Positions 35,345-45,945 of a stretch of 63,047 bases of DNA are shown here, piece by piece. The translations under genes were made by a program, and so were the position numbers. The notes beneath the pieces are model-generated. The model saw nothing but the letters and a program-made list of their open reading frames with translations, was not told the DNA's origin and made no database searches. Position 1 is the first letter of the stretch. The number at the start of each line of letters is the position of its first letter. This DNA comes from an uncultured Actinomycetes bacterium (GTDB lineage: Bacteria; Actinomycetota; Actinomycetes; S36-B12; UBA10799), in contig CAZKVQ010000012.1 in assembly GCA_964556255.1 (NCBI GenBank), positions 1 to 63,047 of the forward strand, written 5' to 3'.

Positions 35345-36925
35345 GCCTGACCTGCGTCGGCGGCGGTCCCCCGCAAGGCGGCGCGCCGCCAGCACTAATG
35401 CGACGAGAGCAGCAATACAACCAAGCAGTTCCGGCCAGAACCCGAGCCTGTCAGCGATGGTGAGAGTGTCGCGTAAGGGCACCTGTTGCACGATGCTGCC
35501 AGGAACGTTCTCCGGCAGCCGCGCCACTAGGCTGCCGTCTGCGGACATGACCGCGGAGATTCCGCTGGTGGCAGCCACCAGTACCCCTCGACCATGCTCG
35601 ACGGCGCGCAACTGCGACATTGCCACCTGCTGGGCAGGCTGGGCGGTGCCGCCATAGGTCGCGTTGTTGGTCTGCACCACGAGAACCCTGCCGCCCGCGC
35701 GCACGGCATCGCGCACGATGGAGTCATAGGCGATCTCGAAGCAGATGACGTCCGCGATCCGCGCCGGACCCAGCTGGAGCACCCCCGGATCGTCGGAACC
35801 TTGGAAGTCGCGCGGGATGCGCTGGAACCGGTCCACCAGTCCGCCCAGCACTTCGCGGCCGGGCAGGTACTCCCCGAACGGCACCGGATGCCGCTTGATG
35901 TAGACGTCTCCGGGTCCGGTCGTGGGATCCCAGACGATTCCGATGTTCCACAGTTTGCTGACGTCGGTAGGTACCGTGACAACCGCCCCGACCAGTATCG
36001 GCACGCCTATGGCGTCCGCGGCCGCTGCGATCCGCTTGGCCGCCGCCACGTCCGCGTAAGGATCCACGTCGGAGGAGTTCTCTGGCCAGATCACGGCATC
36101 CGGTTGCGGCACCTCGCCCCGGCGTACCTTGTCAGCCAGCAGCATCGTCTCCGAGACGTGGTTCTCCAACACGGCGCGTCGGCGACTGTTGAAGTCGAGC
36201 CCGGGTTGCGGAACGCTTCCCTGCACGACGGCGAGACGGGCCTCCGCGGGGGAAGGCTGTCCGGCCGCCGGGAGCGGGACGGCCAGACCCACCACCGTAA
36301 CCAGCACGGCGACCGCGGCGGCAACCGCGCCCGCCGTCCAGCCTCGCGCGCGAAGGGACAGCACCGCCGACGCCAGCAAGGCGCCCACAAGAGCCACCGT
36401 GAAGGTCACCAGGGGCGCACCTCCCAGCGCTGCCAATGGGGTGAAAGAGGACTCGGGCTGGGAGAAGGCCAACCGACCCCACGGGAATCCGCCCCAGGGG
36501 ACCCGGTCGCGAACGGCTTCCTGCAGAACCCACAGCGCCGCGACCGCGATCGGCCACCAGCGCAGCCTGCTCGCCACGAGCGCAGTCGCAAGCCCCAGCA
36601 GCGCCAGCCACAGGCTCCAGAGCACCGAAAGCAACAGCCAGGCGTCGAGCCCGATGACCCTCAACCAGGACAACAGGACCAGGTAGAAGGCCACCCCCGA
36701 GAGGAGTCCGCAGCCGAATCCGACCCGGAGTCTGGCGCGCCAACACGCCAACGTGAACAGGGCGACCGAAACGGGAGCCAGGTAGCTCCAGCCGGGCTCG
36801 GGGAAGGCGGCCGCCATCGACAACCCCGCCGCCAGCGCCAGCACGGGCCGACGCAGGCGGTACCACCACGTGGCCCGGGCAGCACCCACAGCCGGCTCCA
36901 CACCGGTGACGGGGCCGGAACTCAT
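35342..36925 (-). CDS. lnt: Apolipoprotein N-acyltransferase
   Basis: GGFPWGRLAFSQ, IWPEN (Glu), KRHPVPFGEY (Lys), ICFEIAYD (Cys), QTNNATYG, AVEHGR, AATSGISA; ATGA overlap with the amidohydrolase stop. Confidence 0.95.
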   Translation of the reverse strand: MSSGPVTGVEPAVGAARATWWYRLRRPVLALAAGLSMAAAFPEPGWSYLAPVSVALFTLACWRARLRVGFGCGLLSGVAFYLVLLSWLRVIGLDAWLLLSVLWSLWLALLGLATALVASRLRWWPIAVAALWVLQEAVRDRVPWGGFPWGRLAFSQPESSFTPLAALGGAPLVTFTVALVGALLASAVLSLRARGWTAGAVAAAVAVLVTVVGLAVPLPAAGQPSPAEARLAVVQGSVPQPGLDFNSRRRAVLENHVSETMLLADKVRRGEVPQPDAVIWPENSSDVDPYADVAAAKRIAAAADAIGVPILVGAVVTVPTDVSKLWNIGIVWDPTTGPGDVYIKRHPVPFGEYLPGREVLGGLVDRFQRIPRDFQGSDDPGVLQLGPARIADVICFEIAYDSIVRDAVRAGGRVLVVQTNNATYGGTAQPAQQVAMSQLRAVEHGRGVLVAATSGISAVMSADGSLVARLPENVPGSIVQQVPLRDTLTIADRLGFWPELLGCIAALVALVLAARRLAGDRRRRRSG

Positions 36926-38556
36926 AGGTCGCCTGAGTCGAACACCGTACGGCCACGCACCACGGTACGAAGACAATTCGGCAGTTCCCGATCCGGCGAC
37001 AGATCCGGTAGCCCGGGAGTTGCCGATCGGGGGTCGGTGGACCACGCGGATACCCGATCGTCAGGCGCTGCGACCACCAACTCCTCGAAATCCCAGACGG
37101 CGAGGAAGGCGGGCTCGCCCGGCGCCAACACACCGCCCCGGTTGGCCGCTGCCCGCCAGCCGCCCCGGGTGTGCGCGGCGAAGGCCGCGCGTACGCTCAT
37201 CCGCTGCTCGGTGGTTCTATGCTCCGCAGCGGCGCGCACCGCCGCCCAGGGACCCAGAGCAGTAACGGGACTGTCCGAGCCGAAGGCCAGGACCACTCCG
37301 CCAGCCTGCATCGAAGCGAACGGGTTCATCGACCGCCAGCGATCCCCCAGCCGCTCGGCGTACATCGCCGCAGGACCCCCCCATTCAGCATCGAACATGG
37401 GTTGGACGCTTGCGATGAGCCCCATTCCGGCCATCACCGGAATGTGCTCGGGGTGCACGAACTCGACGTGTTCCAGGCGGTGGGAGCCGGTGCGGATGGT
37501 GTCGAACCCGACGCGTTCGGCGGCTTCCGTGAAGCCTGCCAGCACTAGGTCCAGCGCACCGTCTCCGATGACGTGGAAGCCCGCCTGCACACGGTTGGCG
37601 GCACAGTCGATCACGTGATCGCGCACCTGTGCCGCGGTCAGATACGGGTGCCCGCGGTCGGGGCGGTCGGCATAGTCCTCCCGCAGGGCGGCGGTGTGGG
37701 AACCGACCGTCCCGTCCACGAACAGATCGCCCGCCACCCCGGAGCAGCGCAAGTCGATGGCCCGACGCACCCCATCGAGTTCCCCCCAGTAGCCGACCAC
37801 CTCGGGTCCGAGTCCTTGGTCGGCCAGGTCCAGCAATCCGGTCATGTCGGCGGCGCTGGAGATGGTCGGACCGCCGATCTCATGCACGACCCCGATACCG
37901 ACTCTGGCGGCTTCGGCCAGCACGGCCTGCTGTGCTCCCCGTCGCTGGGCCTCGGGTAGGTCGGCATACACCGCCGCTCGGGCCTGCTCATGGGCATGCT
38001 CACGCAGCCAACCGTCGGGATCGAAGCCCGCCAATTCGGCCAGTCCGGGCATCGCAGCCAACAGTGCACTCGAGACCACCGAACTGTGCACATCGATCCG
38101 GTCGAGCAGGATGGCCGCCCCGTATCCGGCACGGTCGAGTTCCGCCCGGGTCGGAGCCCGCTGCTCCGGCCAGACTTGCTCGTCCCATCCGTAGCCGAGG
38201 ATCGTGCCACCCGGTCCGCTGCGCACCGCCTCGGTGACCATGTCCAGCACCTGCGACAGCGAGGTCGTGGCCGTGAGGTCGAGCCCGATGCTGCCGATAC
38301 CGGTGGCGGTGGCATGGATGTGGGCGTCCACGAATGCCGGGGCCAGCAACGCGCCGTCCAGGTCGACCACCTCGGTGTGGGCATCCCGGTGGACCTCGGC
38401 CGCGGCATCGGAACCCAGCCAGGCGATGATGCCGCCCTCGACCAGCAAGGCTGTTGCGAACGGGTCGGTCTGGCTGTAAACGATGCCGTTGCGGTACAGC
38501 GTGCGGCTCCGGTCCTGTATAGCCGGGGCGCCTCGGTCCGCGGGCTGGCTGCTCAT
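36922..38556 (-). CDS. Amidohydrolase family 3 (YtcJ-like)
   Basis: FVDAHIH, FVDGTVGSHTA, FHVIGD, RLEHVE, FGSDSPV. Confidence 0.88.
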   Translation of the reverse strand: MSSQPADRGAPAIQDRSRTLYRNGIVYSQTDPFATALLVEGGIIAWLGSDAAAEVHRDAHTEVVDLDGALLAPAFVDAHIHATATGIGSIGLDLTATTSLSQVLDMVTEAVRSGPGGTILGYGWDEQVWPEQRAPTRAELDRAGYGAAILLDRIDVHSSVVSSALLAAMPGLAELAGFDPDGWLREHAHEQARAAVYADLPEAQRRGAQQAVLAEAARVGIGVVHEIGGPTISSAADMTGLLDLADQGLGPEVVGYWGELDGVRRAIDLRCSGVAGDLFVDGTVGSHTAALREDYADRPDRGHPYLTAAQVRDHVIDCAANRVQAGFHVIGDGALDLVLAGFTEAAERVGFDTIRTGSHRLEHVEFVHPEHIPVMAGMGLIASVQPMFDAEWGGPAAMYAERLGDRWRSMNPFASMQAGGVVLAFGSDSPVTALGPWAAVRAAAEHRTTEQRMSVRAAFAAHTRGGWRAAANRGGVLAPGEPAFLAVWDFEELVVAAPDDRVSAWSTDPRSATPGLPDLSPDRELPNCLRTVVRGRTVFDSGDL

Positions 38557-38978
38557 CGGTCGAACTTCGTGGAAAGCGCCACCGTCGTACGCGTGGACAT
38601 CCCGGTACGCCGCTGAATCTCGTTCAGCAACTCCTCCAACGCGTTCGGGGTGGCCACCCGAACGATCACGATGAACGATTCCCGACCGGCGACTGAGTAG
38701 CAGGCGCTGATCTCCGGCAACTCCGCCAAGGCCTCGACTGCGCCTTCGGGTTGGATCCCGCCGGTGGCGGTCAGCGACAGGAACGCCGTCAGCGACCGAT
38801 CCACCGCGACCGGGTCCACTATCGCCCGATAGCCCTGGATGACGCCGCGATCCTCCAGCCTGCGGACCCGCTGGTGCACCGCGGAGGTCGACAGGCCCGT
38901 GGCCTTGGCAAGGTCGGTGAACGACATCCGGCCATCTGTCAGCAGCAGGTCGACGATCCGACGGTCCGTGTCCTCCAC
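38553..38978 (-). CDS. Lrp/AsnC family transcriptional regulator
   Basis: DRRIVDLL-x2-DGRMSFTDLAK-x-TGLSTSAVHQRVRRLE-x2-GVI-x-GY, CYSVAG. Confidence 0.95.
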   Translation of the reverse strand: MEDTDRRIVDLLLTDGRMSFTDLAKATGLSTSAVHQRVRRLEDRGVIQGYRAIVDPVAVDRSLTAFLSLTATGGIQPEGAVEALAELPEISACYSVAGRESFIVIVRVATPNALEELLNEIQRRTGMSTRTTVALSTKFDR

Positions 38979-38985
38979 GGGTGCG

Positions 38986-38991
38986 AGCCTA
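38986..38991 (-). promoter_or_regulatory. -10 element (TAGGCT), leaderless-type, for lrp
   Basis: TANNNT 7 nt before GTG 38978. Confidence 0.55.
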
Positions 38992-39004
38992 TCCTCCTGC
39001 CCGC

Positions 39005-40150
39005 CTAGCCCTTCGCCAAGGCGCGGCCGATGACCAGCCGCTGGATCTGGTTCGTGCCCTCGACGATCTGAAGAACCTTGGCCTCGCGCATGAAGCGCTC
39101 CACAGGGAAATCCTCTACGTATCCGGCCCCACCCAGAACCTGCACGGCATCGGTGGTGACCTGCATGCAGGTATCGGTGGCGAACAGTTTTGCCATCGCG
39201 GCCTGGGTGGCGTAAGGACGTCCCGCTTCGCGGGCACGGGCCGCGTCCAAATACAACGCCCTAGCCGCCGCAATGCCTGTGGCCATGTCAGCCAGCAGGA
39301 AAGACACCCCCTGGAAGTCCCCGATGGGTTGGCCGAAGGCCTCGCGCTGCCGCGAGTACGCGACAGCCTCGTCCAGCGCCGCCTGGGCCAGGCCCACTGC
39401 GCACGCCGCGATACCCAGCCTCCCAGCGTCCAGAGCTGCCATGGCGATGGCGAATCCCTGCCCTTCTGCACCGATAAGCCTGTCCGCACCCACGCGCACG
39501 CCATCGAGTCGCACCTGTGCGGTGGGAGACCCTCGCATGCCCATCTTTCGCTCAGGCGACCCGAACGAGATGCCAGCCGCGTCGGAAGGTACCAGGAAGC
39601 AACTGACGCCGCCGGGGCCTGCCGCTCCGGTGCGTGCCATGACCACGTAGTAGTCGGCCTGCCCGGCGTGGGTGATCCACGCCTTCACGCCGTCGAGGAT
39701 GTAACCGTCACCGTCGCGCCGCGCAGTGGTGGCCAACGCCGCGGCATCGGACCCGGAGTTCGGCTCGGAGAGACAGTACGCCCCGAGTAGGTCTCCGGCC
39801 AACATGTCCGGCAACCACTTCTGTTGCTGTTCGGGGGTACCCGCCGTCGCGAGCGGGAAACAGGACAGCGAGTGCACGCTGACTCCGAGCCCGACGCTGA
39901 GCCAGCCATGGGCAAGTTCCTCAAGAACCTGCAGGTAGACGTCGAAGGGCACGCCACCGCCGCCGAGATCCTGCGGGTAGGGCAGCCCCAGCAGCCCGGC
40001 GTGGCCCAACACACGGAGGGTCTCGCGCGGGAATTCACCGGCAGCCTCCGCGTCGGCCACCTGTGGGCGGAGTTCCCGCTCGGCCAAATCAGAGGTCAGT
40101 ACCAGCAGATCCCGGGCCTCGTCGTTGGGTAGGTCCCGCTGGACTGCCAT
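39005..40150 (-). CDS. Acyl-CoA dehydrogenase
   Basis: AYCLSEPNSGSDA, GVKAWIT, ERKMGMRGSPT, GRLGIAA, R-x-AFGQPI, AVQVLGGAGY, IVEGTNQIQR. SD ggag before ATG 40150. Confidence 0.95.
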   Translation of the reverse strand: MAVQRDLPNDEARDLLVLTSDLAERELRPQVADAEAAGEFPRETLRVLGHAGLLGLPYPQDLGGGGVPFDVYLQVLEELAHGWLSVGLGVSVHSLSCFPLATAGTPEQQQKWLPDMLAGDLLGAYCLSEPNSGSDAAALATTARRDGDGYILDGVKAWITHAGQADYYVVMARTGAAGPGGVSCFLVPSDAAGISFGSPERKMGMRGSPTAQVRLDGVRVGADRLIGAEGQGFAIAMAALDAGRLGIAACAVGLAQAALDEAVAYSRQREAFGQPIGDFQGVSFLLADMATGIAAARALYLDAARAREAGRPYATQAAMAKLFATDTCMQVTTDAVQVLGGAGYVEDFPVERFMREAKVLQIVEGTNQIQRLVIGRALAKG

Positions 40151-40164
40151 GGCGGTTCTCCAAG

Positions 40165-41298
40165 TCACACGTCGACGACTACAAGTTCCCTGGGCCGATT
40201 GTTGCAGTTGATGACACCGTCACTGTCGCAGACCACGATGTCCTCGATCCGCGCCCCGAATCGACCGGTCAGGTAGAACCCGGGCTCGACGCTGAAAGCG
40301 AAACCAGGTTCCAGGGCGAGCACGTTTCCGGAGACGATGTAGGGCTCCTCGTGTGTCTCCAGCCCGATTCCGTGTCCGGTGCGGTGGATGAACGCATCCC
40401 CCAACCCGGCTGCACTCAGGACGTCCCTGGCGGCCGCGTCCACGGATTCGCAGGTGACCCCCGGCCGGACGTGCGCCACCGCGGCCGCCTGGGCGGTCAC
40501 CAGTACGTCGAAAGCCTGCCGGAAATCCGCCGGGGGCTCGCCCAACGAGTAGGTCCGGGTGCTGTCCGAACAGTAGCCCGAGGGCATGGTGCCGCCGATA
40601 TCCACGACCACCGGATCGCCAACCTCGAGAACCCGGTCGGAGACCTCGTGGTGGGGGCTGGCGCCGTTCGGGCCGGAGGCCACGATGACGAAGTCGACCG
40701 TGGCATGGCCGGATTCGAGGATCAGATCCGCGATCCGAGCGGCTACCTCGCGTTCGGTGACTCCGGGGCGGAGTAGTCCCGCGACCTGTGCGTGCACCCA
40801 GTCGATCGCCGCCCCCGCCTCCTGCAGGGCGGCAACCTCGGCGGCCGTCTTACGCATCCGAAGCTCGCCGATCACCGGGCCGGCCAGCTCGAAGCTCACC
40901 TGGGGCATCGCATCCCTGAGCCCGAACGCGGCTCGGGCAAGCATGGCGTCGTTCACCGCGATCCGACGAGCCCCTGGCAGCAGGTCGGCCACGAGGCCGT
41001 AGGGGTCTTCGGTCTCCTCCCAAGCCGCGACCACGATGCCGAGGTCCTCGACTCCGGCGGCCACAGCGGCCGGCTGCTCCAGCAGCGGGACCACCATCTT
41101 GGGCGATTCACCCGGGCTGATGATAAGTGCCGTCAGCCGCTCCAAGGGCAGGGCCACGTAGCCGCACAGGTAGGTCATGTCGGTGCCGGGGGTCACGATG
41201 ACCGCGTCGAGGCCCAGGGCCGCTGCGTCGGCGGAAGCAAGGGCGAGGCGTGCGGTGAATTCGGCTGGGTCGGAGGTTGCCAACGGGTCAGTCGCCAT
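40165..41298 (-). CDS. Xaa-Pro peptidase family protein (M24B, PepE-like)
   Basis: VDIGG-x5-Y-x-SDSTRT, HRTGHGIGLETHEEPY, SVEPGFY, GARIEDIV. Confidence 0.92.
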   Translation of the reverse strand: MATDPLATSDPAEFTARLALASADAAALGLDAVIVTPGTDMTYLCGYVALPLERLTALIISPGESPKMVVPLLEQPAAVAAGVEDLGIVVAAWEETEDPYGLVADLLPGARRIAVNDAMLARAAFGLRDAMPQVSFELAGPVIGELRMRKTAAEVAALQEAGAAIDWVHAQVAGLLRPGVTEREVAARIADLILESGHATVDFVIVASGPNGASPHHEVSDRVLEVGDPVVVDIGGTMPSGYCSDSTRTYSLGEPPADFRQAFDVLVTAQAAAVAHVRPGVTCESVDAAARDVLSAAGLGDAFIHRTGHGIGLETHEEPYIVSGNVLALEPGFAFSVEPGFYLTGRFGARIEDIVVCDSDGVINCNNRPRELVVVDV

Positions 41299-41304
41299 GG
41301 CCAC

Positions 41305-41310
41305 AAACTA
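41305..41310 (-). promoter_or_regulatory. -10 element (TAGTTT), leaderless-type, for the peptidase
   Basis: TANNNT 6 nt before ATG 41298. Confidence 0.55.
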
Positions 41311-41336
41311 GCGCGGCCGATCGACGCATGACGATT

Positions 41337-44087
41337 TCACACCACGGAGCTGTAGGCGACGACTCCGCGTTTGATGGCCCGGGCCGCCTGGGTCGCGGAG
41401 TCGTGGACCTGGCCGGCATCCGGATCGTGGTCGCCAACAGGAGCGGAGGCATCCGCCACCTGCCCCAAGAAGTCGGCGAGCATCTTGCACCACCGAACGA
41501 AGTCTCCGGGAGCGAGATCCGCCTCCCGAAGGACACTCTGCAGGGATCGTCCGTTGACCCAGCGGTACGCCGCCCAGGCGAACCTCGGGTCGAGTTCGCC
41601 GAGGAAGGACACCCGGTGCTCACGCTCGACGGATTTCAGATCCGCGAGTAGCGCGGACTGATCCCGAATCACCGAGGCGACCTTGGAGTTCGGCATCTTC
41701 GGCGCCGCCGGCTCCTCGGCGGCCCGACCTTCGAAGACCAGAGTGGAGCAGACCGCCGCCAACTCCGCCGGATCGAGATCGCGCCACAGACCTGTGCGCA
41801 ATGCCTCTGCGGCTAGGAGGTCGTTGTCGTTGTAGATCCTGGCCAGCCGATGTCCGGCTGCGGTCACTTCGGCACCGTCACCTGCAGAGGTGAGATAACC
41901 CAAATCGGCCAGCACGGCACACACCCGGTCGAACTGGCGAGCGATGGAATTCGTGCGCTGTTCCACCCGGGCACTCAGCGTGGAGATCTCACGCTGCAGC
42001 CGGTGGTAGCGCTGCGCCCATCGCGCGTGGTCCTCTCGCTGATCGCAGCCGTGGCAAGGGTGTTTGCGTAGGCGGTTGCGAAGTTGCTGGAGTTCCACAT
42101 CGGAGGCACCTGGGCCACCCCTGTCCTTGCGGGGACGTTTGATGTCGATGCCGTTCGTCTTCTGCCGCAGGGTGAGCGCCAGATCACGCCGGGCACTTGC
42201 GCTTCGGGCACTGAAGTTCTTGGGGATCCGGATACGTTCGATCGGCTCCACGGGACTGGTGAAGTCGACCACCGACAGCCGTCGCACCTGCCGATCCACG
42301 GTCAGCACCTGCGGGCGTGGATCCTCACCCTCGATGAGTCCCGGGTCTATCACCACCGCCGGCCCGGCGCGTCGACCCGCGGGAACCACGATCACGTCCC
42401 CTACCCGTAACAGCGCCAGACTCCGGGCGGCGCTGTTACGGCGCGCGGCCTGTCCTCTCCTCGACAGGGCCTTCTCCCGTTGGTTGATGTCCTCCCGGAG
42501 TTGCGCGTACTCGCTGAAGTCCCCCAGATGGCACTCCATCGATCGCCGGTACCCCTCTGCCGCCTCCTCCTGCCTGCGCAATTGGGTGGCCAGCCCCACC
42601 ACCGCTCGATCGGCCTGGAACTGGGCGAAGGATGTCTCCAGTACTTCCCGAGCCGTGTGGTGGCCCAATTGCGCGACCAGATTCACAGCCATGTTGTACG
42701 ACGGTCGGAAACTCGACCGCAGCGGATAGGTTCGCGTCGAGGCCCTGCCCGCGAGATCCGTGGGATCGAGCCCCTGGTGCCAGACAACGACAGCGTGCCC
42801 CTCGACATCGATCCCGCGCCTACCCGCGCGACCGGTGAGTTGGGTGTACTCGCCAGGGGTGATGTCCGCGTGGGTCTCGCCGTTCCATTTGCTCAGTTTC
42901 TCCAGCACTACGCTGCGCGCCGGCATGTTGATTCCCAGCGCCAGGGTCTCGGTAGCGAACACCGCCTTGATCAGGCCCCGCTGGAACAGTTCCTCCACGA
43001 CCTCCTTGAACGTGGGCAGCATCCCCGCGTGGTGGGCGGCGATTCCGCGGCTGAGCATGTCCAGCCAGGAGTCGAATCCCAGCAGCGCCAGGTCTTCCTC
43101 GGGAAGGTGGGCGCACCTCTCCTCCGCGACCCGGCGTATCTCCAGTGCCTCCGTCGCCGTCGTCAGCCGCAGTCCCCCTGCCACGCATGCCTCGGCGGCC
43201 GCATCGCAGCCTTTCCGGCTGAAGATGAAGGTGATGACCGGCAGCAGATCCTCGCGCTGCAGCCGCTCGATCACCTCGATTCGATTCGGGATCCTCGGAC
43301 CGCGCGGCCCCCGCCGGCGGTACCCACCACGATGTGCGTTCAGCTTCTCAGCCTGCCGGGCGTCGCGTGCCTGCCGTTCGAGTTCCGGGTTCAGCCGGCC
43401 CGCTTCCCCGTCGGCATACAGGTCATGCAGGCCGGAACCGACAGCGACGTGCTGGAAGAGCGGCACCGGTCGGTGTTCCTCCACAATGACCGTTGCCGAA
43501 CCTCGGACCGCGGCCAGCCAATCACCGAACTCCTCGGCATTGCTGACCGTCGCAGAGAGGGCGGCGACGGTGACGGACTCGGGCAACTGAATGAGCACCT
43601 CCTCCCAGACAGCTCCGCGGGTGCGGTCCGCCAGGTAGTGCACCTCGTCCATCACTACATGACTCAGGCCGACCAGGCCGTTCGACTGTTCGTACAGCAT
43701 GTTCCGCAGGACCTCGGTCGTCATCACGACCACGGAGGCGTCCCCGTTGACGGAGTTGTCTCCGGTGAGCAGACCGACCGAGTCCTCCCCATAGCGCTCG
43801 ACCAGTTCGGCGTACTTCTGGTTGCTCAGAGCCTTGATCGGGGTGGTGTAGAAGGCCCTGGAACCCGCCGCCAGCGCAAGGTGAACCGCGAACTCGCCTA
43901 CGACGGTCTTGCCGCTGCCAGTCGGCGCTGCCACCAGGACGGTGTCACCGGCGGCCAACGCGCGGCAGGCACGCACTTGGAAGTCGTCCAGCACGAAGGG
44001 CAGCGAGGCCGTGAAGGCCTCCAACTCCGGGGACTTCTCCCGGCTTCTGCGTGCCGCCGCGGCAAATCGCTCGGCAGGCGAGCTCAT
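41337..44087 (-). CDS. helY: Ski2-like DEAD/DEAH-box RNA helicase HelY
   Basis: APTGSGKT, YTTPIKALSNQKY, MDEVHYL, LSATVSN, FATETLALGINMPAR, QLTGRAGRRGID, C-terminal DSHCT region (GDFVRW). Confidence 0.95.
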   Translation of the reverse strand: MSSPAERFAAAARRSREKSPELEAFTASLPFVLDDFQVRACRALAAGDTVLVAAPTGSGKTVVGEFAVHLALAAGSRAFYTTPIKALSNQKYAELVERYGEDSVGLLTGDNSVNGDASVVVMTTEVLRNMLYEQSNGLVGLSHVVMDEVHYLADRTRGAVWEEVLIQLPESVTVAALSATVSNAEEFGDWLAAVRGSATVIVEEHRPVPLFQHVAVGSGLHDLYADGEAGRLNPELERQARDARQAEKLNAHRGGYRRRGPRGPRIPNRIEVIERLQREDLLPVITFIFSRKGCDAAAEACVAGGLRLTTATEALEIRRVAEERCAHLPEEDLALLGFDSWLDMLSRGIAAHHAGMLPTFKEVVEELFQRGLIKAVFATETLALGINMPARSVVLEKLSKWNGETHADITPGEYTQLTGRAGRRGIDVEGHAVVVWHQGLDPTDLAGRASTRTYPLRSSFRPSYNMAVNLVAQLGHHTAREVLETSFAQFQADRAVVGLATQLRRQEEAAEGYRRSMECHLGDFSEYAQLREDINQREKALSRRGQAARRNSAARSLALLRVGDVIVVPAGRRAGPAVVIDPGLIEGEDPRPQVLTVDRQVRRLSVVDFTSPVEPIERIRIPKNFSARSASARRDLALTLRQKTNGIDIKRPRKDRGGPGASDVELQQLRNRLRKHPCHGCDQREDHARWAQRYHRLQREISTLSARVEQRTNSIARQFDRVCAVLADLGYLTSAGDGAEVTAAGHRLARIYNDNDLLAAEALRTGLWRDLDPAELAAVCSTLVFEGRAAEEPAAPKMPNSKVASVIRDQSALLADLKSVEREHRVSFLGELDPRFAWAAYRWVNGRSLQSVLREADLAPGDFVRWCKMLADFLGQVADASAPVGDHDPDAGQVHDSATQAARAIKRGVVAYSSVV

Positions 44088-44097
44088 GGCCGGGGTA

Positions 44098-45060
44098 CTA
44101 CTTGTCGCGCGGAACGATGGCGATCAGGGAACCAGGACGGACTTCCACATCGATCGGCAACGGCCCCACCCGCTCACCGTCGGCATATGCCACCTGATGG
44201 GGAGCATCAAGATGGATCTTGCGACCCGTGTATTCGGTCACCGAGGGATGCTCGACATGACTGCCCTTGAACACCCTGGGGAACACCTTGAGGAAGGTCA
44301 GCTTGCTGACCTCACCGAGGAAGGTGACCGTGAGCAGACCATCATCGACAATCGCATTCGGACAGACGAGCATGCCGCCACCGTAGGAGATTCCGTTGCC
44401 GACGGCGACCAGCATCGCCCTCGCATCGTGGGACACCCCGTCGAGGGTGAACACGTATGGCAGCGGCTTGAAGACCCGCAGCTCGGCCAGGGTGCTGATC
44501 AGGTAGCGGGCCTGACCCTTGGGCCAACTCAGACGGTTCGCCCGCTCGTTGACCAATGAGTCGAACCCGGAACTCATCACGCCCAGGAACCAGCGCGAGG
44601 CACCATCGGCCGCGGTGACGTGGCCGAGGTCGACGACCCGCGTGTGGCCGTCCACCACGACGTCGACCGCGGCTTCGATGTCCTTGAGGGGTACCTCCAG
44701 CGTGCGGGCGTTGTCGTCGCCTGTCCCCAACGGGATGATCCCGAACGGAACGTCGGTGCCGGCCACGACCTGGACCGCGAGGTTGACCGTGCCGTCCCCC
44801 CCGAGCGCCACCAGTGCGTCCGTTCCCTCGGCGACCGCGGCGCGCGCCTTCGCGACGGCGTCCTCGGCCGACTCTCCCTGCACCTGGGTGACCTCCAGGC
44901 CACGTTCTCGAAGCCTCCGCAGCGCCACCGGCGCATTCCTACCGCCGCGGCCTTGACCGGCCGTGGGATTGATCATCAACACGATCTTCCGTATCGAGCG
45001 ATCGGCACTCTCATCGCCGCTGCCGATGGTGCCGGACTCGGGGGTATCAGGACTCGCCAT
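44098..45060 (-). CDS. Diacylglycerol kinase family lipid kinase (YegS/Rv2252-like)
   Basis: INPTAGQG, LGGDGTVN, IPLGTGDDNAR, GNGISYGGGM, YADGE. Confidence 0.93.
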   Translation of the reverse strand: MASPDTPESGTIGSGDESADRSIRKIVLMINPTAGQGRGGRNAPVALRRLRERGLEVTQVQGESAEDAVAKARAAVAEGTDALVALGGDGTVNLAVQVVAGTDVPFGIIPLGTGDDNARTLEVPLKDIEAAVDVVVDGHTRVVDLGHVTAADGASRWFLGVMSSGFDSLVNERANRLSWPKGQARYLISTLAELRVFKPLPYVFTLDGVSHDARAMLVAVGNGISYGGGMLVCPNAIVDDGLLTVTFLGEVSKLTFLKVFPRVFKGSHVEHPSVTEYTGRKIHLDAPHQVAYADGERVGPLPIDVEVRPGSLIAIVPRDK

Positions 45061-45934
45061 GGGGAGAATCTAGCGGCGGATCCTCTCGATCCGGAAATGG
45101 ACTCGCCTCATCATCGGACCATTGGTCGTAATCCGCCTCGGGATTATTGCGTGCCCTGCGACGATCGTTGAGCATGCAGACCAATATCGCCAAGGCCACA
45201 AGGCCCAGAACGGGTCCAGCCAGCACCAACATGCTGATCGGGTCGCCGGAGGGCGTCGCGACGGCGGCGAAGATGAATACGGCGAAGATAATGCCGCGCC
45301 ACCAGGACGCCAAGCGCTTGCCGGACAGCACCCCCACCAGATTGAGCCCGACCAGGATCACCGGGGTCAGGAAGGCCAGTCCGAACACGAACACGGTCCG
45401 CAGGAAGAACGACAGGTACTTGCTGACCTCGACGAAGTTGCCGACGTTCTCAGGGGTGAATCCGAAGAGCAGGTTCAAGCCCTTCGGAAGGAAGATGTAG
45501 GCGAGCACAACGCCGCACATGAAGAGCGGGAGACTCACCGCCACGAATATGTAGGCGGAGCGCCGCTCATGCTTGTGTAAGCCGGGGGTCACGAATCGCC
45601 ACAGTTGGTAGAGCCAGACCGGTGACGCGATCAGCAGTCCGACCACGGCCGAGATCTTCAACTTGAGGGTGAAGGCCTCGCCGACGCCCAGCACGATGAC
45701 CTGCACCGTCTGGCCGCGGGCCTGCGCCTCTGCGATGACCTGATTGATGGGATGACTGAGGACAGCGAATATCGGGTCGTAGAGGATCCAGCCGACCGTC
45801 ATCCCGACGGCGATGGCGAGGATCGACTTGACCAGCCGGGAACGCAGTTCGCGGAGGTGTTCCGTCAGGGTCATCGACCCCGCGGTCGCAAGCTGATCCT
45901 GGCGGTCGTCGATACCCTCGTCGTACGTCGTCAT
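45047..45934 (-). CDS. tatC: Twin-arginine translocase subunit TatC
   Basis: MTLTEHLRELRSRL, YQLWRFVTPGLHKHE, FAAVATPSGDP-x-SML-x-LA. Confidence 0.97.
   Translation of the reverse strand: MTTYDEGIDDRQDQLATAGSMTLTEHLRELRSRLVKSILAIAVGMTVGWILYDPIFAVLSHPINQVIAEAQARGQTVQVIVLGVGEAFTLKLKISAVVGLLIASPVWLYQLWRFVTPGLHKHERRSAYIFVAVSLPLFMCGVVLAYIFLPKGLNLLFGFTPENVGNFVEVSKYLSFFLRTVFVFGLAFLTPVILVGLNLVGVLSGKRLASWWRGIIFAVFIFAAVATPSGDPISMLVLAGPVLGLVALAILVCMLNDRRRARNNPEADYDQWSDDEASPFPDREDPPLDSPHGES
45067..45072 (-). promoter_or_regulatory. Internal -10 element (TAGATT), leaderless-type, for the lipid kinase, inside the 3' end of tatC
   Basis: TANNNT 6 nt before ATG 45060. Confidence 0.5.
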
Positions 45935-45945
45935 ACCCCTGTTGA

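Noticed and set aside
4213-41298. Two M24B peptidases (4213-5331 and 40165-41298) as a recent duplication
   Set aside because: They are divergent, and each sits in its conserved context (pepQ-efp; pepE near helY), so they are ancient paralogues.
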